Positions 27,210-32,000 of a stretch of DNA of 32,000 nucleotides are shown in pieces. Position 1 is the first letter of the stretch. Each line of letters starts with the position of its first letter. A program made the translations under genes and the position numbers. The notes beneath the pieces are model-generated. The model worked only from the letters and a program-made list of their open reading frames with translations, was not told where the DNA came from and did no database searches. Origin of the DNA: Promethearchaeota archaeon (GTDB taxonomy: Archaea > Asgardarchaeota > Lokiarchaeia > Sigyniarchaeales > Promethearchaeaceae); NCBI GenBank assembly GCA_016933055.1, contig JAFGBS010000028.1, positions 120,001-152,000 on the forward strand, read 5' to 3'.

Positions 27210-28433
27210 TTAGATTTTTATTATAATATTGAATTTATCAAGTGGCCATACAATTGCCCACATTAAAATCGTCGGAATGATTCCAACAAGCAACATATCC
27301 AATAAGGGACCATACCATGTAGGCAAACCAATTAAATTGAAAGATATGAGTATCATGTCCTTATAGATCACTTCATTAATGATCATCGATAGAAGGAAGA
27401 CTAGTAACATATTTTTACCTAATGGTGTCAACAAGGGAATCTTAAAATTACGTTGCCCCATTGCATAGAATGTAAATATCATCAATGAACTAAAACCAAT
27501 AGCCATTGTTGCTAAAGACATGTTCACTTTATGGTGATCTGCCCAATTGATAAACCATGACAAATAGGATAATACCATAAAACCTATCGCTAAAGGTAAA
27601 ACTTGTTTTTTCCAACCTTCTTCTTTTATCGTTCCATCTGGTTTGAAAATCCACCCTGCTACCCCAGCAGCTATGATTCCAATCTCTATATGACCGACAA
27701 GGGGCAGTAATGTGTCCAATAGATTACTTGTGAATAGAGGTGCTAACCCTCCATGAGTTGATGTGACATACCAAAGTGTTTCAGTTATTATCATTAATCC
27801 AAATCCAGTCCAGAATCGGATATTGCCATTCTGCATCAAGATGGAGATCAATGCCGCAAATAAGCCTGCCCAGGCAATATTAGCTAGAGTTCCTGTTAAA
27901 AACGCTTTTTCGAAATCAAAGGGAGGACCATCTAGGAAAAATTCAATTAGCACATGTAGTATGGATAAAGCAAAAATTCCTGCTACTCGAATACCCGTAT
28001 GTGTCCACACACGCCATTTTTCTTCACTCTTTTGTTTTCTCTTCATTACTGCAAATGCTTGCATAAATCCTACTAAAAAGATGAAGATTTGTTGCCCAAT
28101 ATCGACTAACGTGATGATCTTAGGAATCCCATCCCCAAAATTAATATATTTATATCCATGATTTACCATTGGGGGTAAGATCGGTAAGATACCTCCGCTA
28201 GGATTACCGCTAAAAGCATATGCAAACGTTTGTACAATAAAAAGCACGATCACAATTCCTCTAAATTGGTCCAACCATTCAAAACGAATTCGTTCCCGAC
28301 GTTTTGGTTTCTCTTTGCCTGGTTTTTTGGGTGGTTTTTCTTTCTCAACAATTATAGGAGGTTTCTGATCTTCCTCTACTTCCAAGGGTGCTCCTACCAT
28401 CATACTTTCACTCATAATATAACACCACATCAC
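27210..28433 (-). CDS. Multi-pass membrane protein, HGSNAT-like (start probably MSESMM or later)
   Basis: RFEWLDQFRG, ITLVD....IFIFLVG, PLGKNMLLVF, terminal LDKFNIIIKI. Confidence 0.7.
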   Translation of the reverse strand: MMWCYIMSESMMVGAPLEVEEDQKPPIIVEKEKPPKKPGKEKPKRRERIRFEWLDQFRGIVIVLFIVQTFAYAFSGNPSGGILPILPPMVNHGYKYINFGDGIPKIITLVDIGQQIFIFLVGFMQAFAVMKRKQKSEEKWRVWTHTGIRVAGIFALSILHVLIEFFLDGPPFDFEKAFLTGTLANIAWAGLFAALISILMQNGNIRFWTGFGLMIITETLWYVTSTHGGLAPLFTSNLLDTLLPLVGHIEIGIIAAGVAGWIFKPDGTIKEEGWKKQVLPLAIGFMVLSYLSWFINWADHHKVNMSLATMAIGFSSLMIFTFYAMGQRNFKIPLLTPLGKNMLLVFLLSMIINEVIYKDMILISFNLIGLPTWYGPLLDMLLVGIIPTILMWAIVWPLDKFNIIIKI

Positions 28434-28565
28434 TGTTAGTTGTTTATACTTTTAAACCTAGATCTCTCCTTATAATGCATAACTTAGAATATCTGGATGC
28501 TTCTGATTTCCCGAGAATTGATAATTTTTATTATATTCATACAACAGTAACATCATAGGCGTTCT

Positions 28566-29789
28566 ATGGAAAATTCAACTTTCGATAAAAAAGATATTTC
28601 GGAAAATGTTCAAAAATTATCTTCCAAGGAGTCTAGATATTGGCAAATTGATTTTCTGAAAGTTTTTGCCATGTTACTTGTTATTATGGACCATTCTACC
28701 TCGTATGATGACTTATTGGAGCTTGCTTCTCCATATTGGCAACGAATTGCAATCCCATTGTTTCTAATCATACTAGGCTTCAATTGGTCCAAATCCATGG
28801 AACAACACAAAAACAAATCGTTACGCTATATTTATTCATGGAATGTGTATTTCAAGAAGAAAATGCTACGATTTATTTTACCATTCGCAATAATTTACCT
28901 TCTTTCCATAATTTTGCTCATAATTCAAAAAACTATTCCAACTATACCCCAAATGTATATAAGTTACTATGCGGATCCTATGCTGAAGATTTTTTTATTT
29001 TTGCCCGTATGGGGTCCTGGTAATTGGTTCATCCCCCTATTATTCTTAACTATTCTAATATTTCCATTGATGCATAAGGCCTTTATGAAACAACCTGTAA
29101 TGGCCCTTGTAGGTTGTTTTTTAGTCGAGTTACTATATTATCTGATAATTTTTGTGGTGAGAATTTTTTGGCAAAATCGCGGTTATGTACCTGTTGGTTC
29201 ATGGAATTATTACAATACGTTGACAATTATACGATGTACACCATTTAGAGCAATGTCGGCCATCGGTTTAGGTATTTGGTTATCCATAGATCATAACTGG
29301 TTTTCCCGTCGAAATATTGTGATTTGGGTACTCGGTGGATTATCAGCAGTGTATTTATTTTTCTATACCTTTGCTGGATATCGATCGTCAATATTTATTG
29401 GAGACTATAGTATGCTACATTTTCCGTGGAGTGCATTATTAGTCATGCTTGCTTTGAATTTATTCCCCAAAGGTCCTAAAGGAAAACAAAATAGATTTAT
29501 CCGTTTACTCAGTAATTCCACTTATCATATTCTCATGGTGCAAATATTCTATTTTTCAATTATCTATAATTATTTATTACCACTTTTTGGAGATAATCCA
29601 ATATGGGCTCATGTTGGGGGTGAAAATTACAAGTTACATTATCTTTGGTATTATCCCGTGAATGTAATTTTCACTTTTAGTGTGGGTGGGTTATGGTACA
29701 ACTTGGAAAAAAAATACATATGGCAACGAATGACACGGATTGATAAAAATCGCTTGGACTATGCCAAAGCAAGGGGTTGGATTAAATAG
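28566..29789 (+). CDS. Acyltransferase family 3 (OafA-like) membrane protein
   Basis: IDFLKVFAMLLVIMDH, PLFLIILG, WFIPLL, STYHILMVQ. Confidence 0.8.
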   Translation: MENSTFDKKDISENVQKLSSKESRYWQIDFLKVFAMLLVIMDHSTSYDDLLELASPYWQRIAIPLFLIILGFNWSKSMEQHKNKSLRYIYSWNVYFKKKMLRFILPFAIIYLLSIILLIIQKTIPTIPQMYISYYADPMLKIFLFLPVWGPGNWFIPLLFLTILIFPLMHKAFMKQPVMALVGCFLVELLYYLIIFVVRIFWQNRGYVPVGSWNYYNTLTIIRCTPFRAMSAIGLGIWLSIDHNWFSRRNIVIWVLGGLSAVYLFFYTFAGYRSSIFIGDYSMLHFPWSALLVMLALNLFPKGPKGKQNRFIRLLSNSTYHILMVQIFYFSIIYNYLLPLFGDNPIWAHVGGENYKLHYLWYYPVNVIFTFSVGGLWYNLEKKYIWQRMTRIDKNRLDYAKARGWIK

Positions 29790-29945
29790 ATATACACGAT
29801 GCGGTGTCTTTTAATATAATTTTTAGTAAAAGTTAAACGGTTTTAAAACCTTTTTTTCTTAAAGCGATTTGAAAAAATCCCTTTTCATTAGAACAAGAGG
29901 GATTAAATTAACTTGATAATACTAAAAAATGTGAGGTAATCTTGA

Positions 29946-30194
29946 ATGGACACGAATGAGACCGATAAAATTGATAAAACATTAGATTGCATTGGACTAT
30001 TTTGCCCTCAACCCTTATTAGAAACCAGAACAGCTTTGAACCAATTGGAAATAAATCAAATTTTGGAAGTTTATGCAGATGATCCCGCAGCAGAATCGGA
30101 TATCAAGAGTCTCGTAAAGCGAACTGATAATGAACTAGTGAAATTTGAAGACAATAATGGTGAATTTAGATTCCTCATTAGAAAATTAAAATAA
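29946..30194 (+). CDS. tusA: TusA/SirA-family sulfur carrier
   Basis: LDCIGLFCPQP (Cys codon 30003-30005), LEVYADDP, DIKSL, FRFLIRK. Confidence 0.9.
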   Translation: MDTNETDKIDKTLDCIGLFCPQPLLETRTALNQLEINQILEVYADDPAAESDIKSLVKRTDNELVKFEDNNGEFRFLIRKLK

Positions 30195-30205
30195 ATGTGA
30201 AATAT

Positions 30206-30568
30206 ATGCCAGAAGATAAATTTCTATTATATGTTCAAACCTCCGACGACCCCGAGAGACAATACTCTCCCTTAGTACTGGCACAAACTGCCAAAGCTAT
30301 GGATATCGAAGCGAAAGTATACTATCTTGGTCAAGGATTACGGATACTAAAAGGAGACACCGCAAAAAAAATCCAGATGGGAAATTTCCCTAGTATATAT
30401 GACATGCAACAAAAATGCATGGAAATGGGAATTGAAATCTATGTTTGTGAAGCAAGCAAACAAATGCTTGGTTGGGATAAAATAGAATTAGCCCCCGGTT
30501 TAAAAATTGTTGGTGCTGGAACCTTAAATGATTTAGTACTAGATGCAGCAGGTACCATGTGGTTTTAG
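30206..30568 (+). CDS. DsrE/DsrF-family protein; probable ATG at 30206, ORF track start 30197
   Basis: PLVLAQTAKAMD..VYYLGQGL, GIEIYVCEAS (Cys codon 30446-30448), IVGAGTL. Confidence 0.85.
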   Translation: MPEDKFLLYVQTSDDPERQYSPLVLAQTAKAMDIEAKVYYLGQGLRILKGDTAKKIQMGNFPSIYDMQQKCMEMGIEIYVCEASKQMLGWDKIELAPGLKIVGAGTLNDLVLDAAGTMWF

Positions 30569-30615
30569 ATGAATGAAAATGAATTTTACTAATAGGAAAT
30601 AGGGTGCTAATAACA

Positions 30616-31806
30616 ATGACGACACAACAACCGTTTGCGTGCGAGGATGTGTATCTAGACTATCAAAGTGCAAAGCCTGTCGATCCTCGGGTAATTTCCA
30701 AAATGTTACCATATTTCAACGAACTGTTCGGAAATCCCTCCTCGTTGCATGGTGTCGGGGATGTAGCAACTAATATATTAGACGAAAACCGAGAATTGAT
30801 TGCAAATTTTATCAACGCGAAACCAGAAGAAATTATATTCACATCCGGAGCAACTGAAGCAAATAATCTCGCTTTAATTGGTTATGCAATGAGAAACCAA
30901 AAGAAAGGAAAACATATTATCATTTCTGAAGTGGAACATATCTCCATCCACAATATCGCAAAATATCTCACACGGCAGGGATTTGAAATCTCTAAATTGC
31001 CAGTAGATATTTACGGGCAAGTTATTATTCATAAACTAAAATCCCGCATTCGAAAGGATACAATTTTAATCTCTGTTGGATATGCTTCTAATGAAATCGG
31101 GACATTACAACCCATTCGAGAGATTGCAAAAATTGCCCGTGAGCGAGATATTGCATTCCATGTTGATGCGGTTGCCGCTGAAGGGCTAATTCCCATTGAT
31201 GTACAAAAGGATGATATTGATCTTCTTACTTTATCCTCAAATGATATTTACGGTCCTAGAGGAGTCGGTGCTTTGTATCTCCGAAAAGGATACCGGGTAA
31301 ATCCGATATTAATCGGTGGTGGGCAAGAACATGGACTACGTTCTGGTTCTGAGAATATTCCCGGAATTGTAGGTTTTGCTGAAGCTGCTCGTATTATGAT
31401 GGAAGAGATGAAGGAGGAGACCAATAGATTGGAATCCTATCGAAATAAACTTCTTGAAACTATCCCCAATCTAATTCCAAAGGCATATATTAACGGTCAT
31501 CCCACTGAGAGATTACCTAACAATGCTCATTTTCGCTTTGAAGCGATTGAAGGGGAAAGCATTTTACTATCACTTAAAGACGAAGGTATCGCTATCGCTA
31601 CTGGTTCTGCTTGTTCATCTAAAACCTTAGAACCTTCCCATACTCTTATTGCTACTGGTTTATTGCATGAAGAAGCTCATGGGAGTTTGCAAATTACGCT
31701 TGGTAGGTTTACTAAGGAGGAAGATGTTGATAAATTGATTAAGATACTACCTGGGGTCGTCTCACGTTTACGTAAATTATCACCTTTATGGAAAGAGGAA
31801 CAATAA
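30616..31806 (+). CDS. iscS: IscS/NifS-like protein lacking the PLP Schiff-base lysine; probable ATG at 30616
   Basis: YLDYQS, FGNPSSLH, FTSGATEANN, NEIGTLQP, FHVDAV, SSNDIYGPRG (Asp at 31243-31245 in place of Lys), RSGSENIP, GSACSS (Cys at 31612-31614). Confidence 0.93.
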   Translation: MTTQQPFACEDVYLDYQSAKPVDPRVISKMLPYFNELFGNPSSLHGVGDVATNILDENRELIANFINAKPEEIIFTSGATEANNLALIGYAMRNQKKGKHIIISEVEHISIHNIAKYLTRQGFEISKLPVDIYGQVIIHKLKSRIRKDTILISVGYASNEIGTLQPIREIAKIARERDIAFHVDAVAAEGLIPIDVQKDDIDLLTLSSNDIYGPRGVGALYLRKGYRVNPILIGGGQEHGLRSGSENIPGIVGFAEAARIMMEEMKEETNRLESYRNKLLETIPNLIPKAYINGHPTERLPNNAHFRFEAIEGESILLSLKDEGIAIATGSACSSKTLEPSHTLIATGLLHEEAHGSLQITLGRFTKEEDVDKLIKILPGVVSRLRKLSPLWKEEQ

Positions 31807-31810
31807 AAAA

Positions 31811-32000
31811 ATGAAGTCAACAAACTATTCTGAAAAAGTTATGGACCACTTTCGGCATCCCCGAAACCAAGGGCACCTCATTGGTTTTGATGTGAGTTGG
31901 GGGAGGGTCGGAAATCCCGTCTGTGGGGATCTAATGGATATTTATATTCGGGTTCATGATGATATAATTATAGATATCAAGTTTGAAACCTTTGGTTGTG
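31811..32000 (+). CDS. iscU: IscU/NifU-N Fe-S scaffold, runs off the right edge of the window (not in the ORF track)
   Basis: Manual translation: MKSTNYSEKVMDHFRHPRNQG...VGNPVCGDLMDIYIRV...IDIKFETFGC. Confidence 0.92.
   Translation, partial: MKSTNYSEKVMDHFRHPRNQGHLIGFDVSWGRVGNPVCGDLMDIYIRVHDDIIIDIKFETFGC

Noticed and set aside
954-29023. Numerous short ORFs in the track antisense to or out of frame within long genes (e.g. 954-1148, 1980-2273, 8033-8242, 9294-9626, 11693-12046, 16802-17119, 18355-18555, 27763-28161, 28736-29023)
   Set aside because: They overlap well-supported genes or the MarR pseudogene and show no recognisable motifs; treated as shadow ORFs.
29876-29904. 7-bp inverted repeat aatccct/agggatt upstream of tusA
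   Set aside because: A single short occurrence in AT-rich DNA; it cannot be distinguished from chance without comparative data.

Overview
AT-rich, gene-dense window from an anaerobic prokaryote. My best guess is an Asgard (Lokiarchaeia-like) archaeon; this is inferred from gene content and style, not proven. In order it holds: a DMT transporter (partial) and a heterodimeric ABC exporter; a small decay zone (truncated HepT/DUF86, orphan membrane-anchor remnant); a membrane-anchored alpha/beta hydrolase; an EFR1-type flavodoxin-ferredoxin; a B12 acyl-CoA mutase cluster (cobO, large and small subunits, meaB, a Cys-rich Rossmann protein); a divergent TPP enzyme; a PNPOx-like protein with a MarR pseudogene; a transaldolase; an acyl-CoA thioesterase; a B-box membrane protein; a GH27 glycosidase; a fucose-isomerase-family protein; a B3/B4 protein; an SDR; three membrane acyltransferase-like genes; and tusA-dsrE-iscS-iscU. 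Four signals stand out. (1) The transaldolase has sulfofructose-transaldolase (SqvA/SftT) hallmarks and lies 3 kb from an SqvD/SftI-like isomerase, suggesting sulfoquinovose catabolism. (2) The IscS lacks the PLP lysine (SSND instead of SxHK) and is clustered with TusA and DsrE. (3) The mutase has the Phe/Gln isobutyryl-CoA-mutase signature. (4) An unannotated, hairpin-rich non-coding repeat family occupies every intergenic gap longer than about 300 bp. No rRNA, tRNA, CRISPR array or transposase was seen. All alignments were done by eye, and comparisons with reference proteins are from memory.
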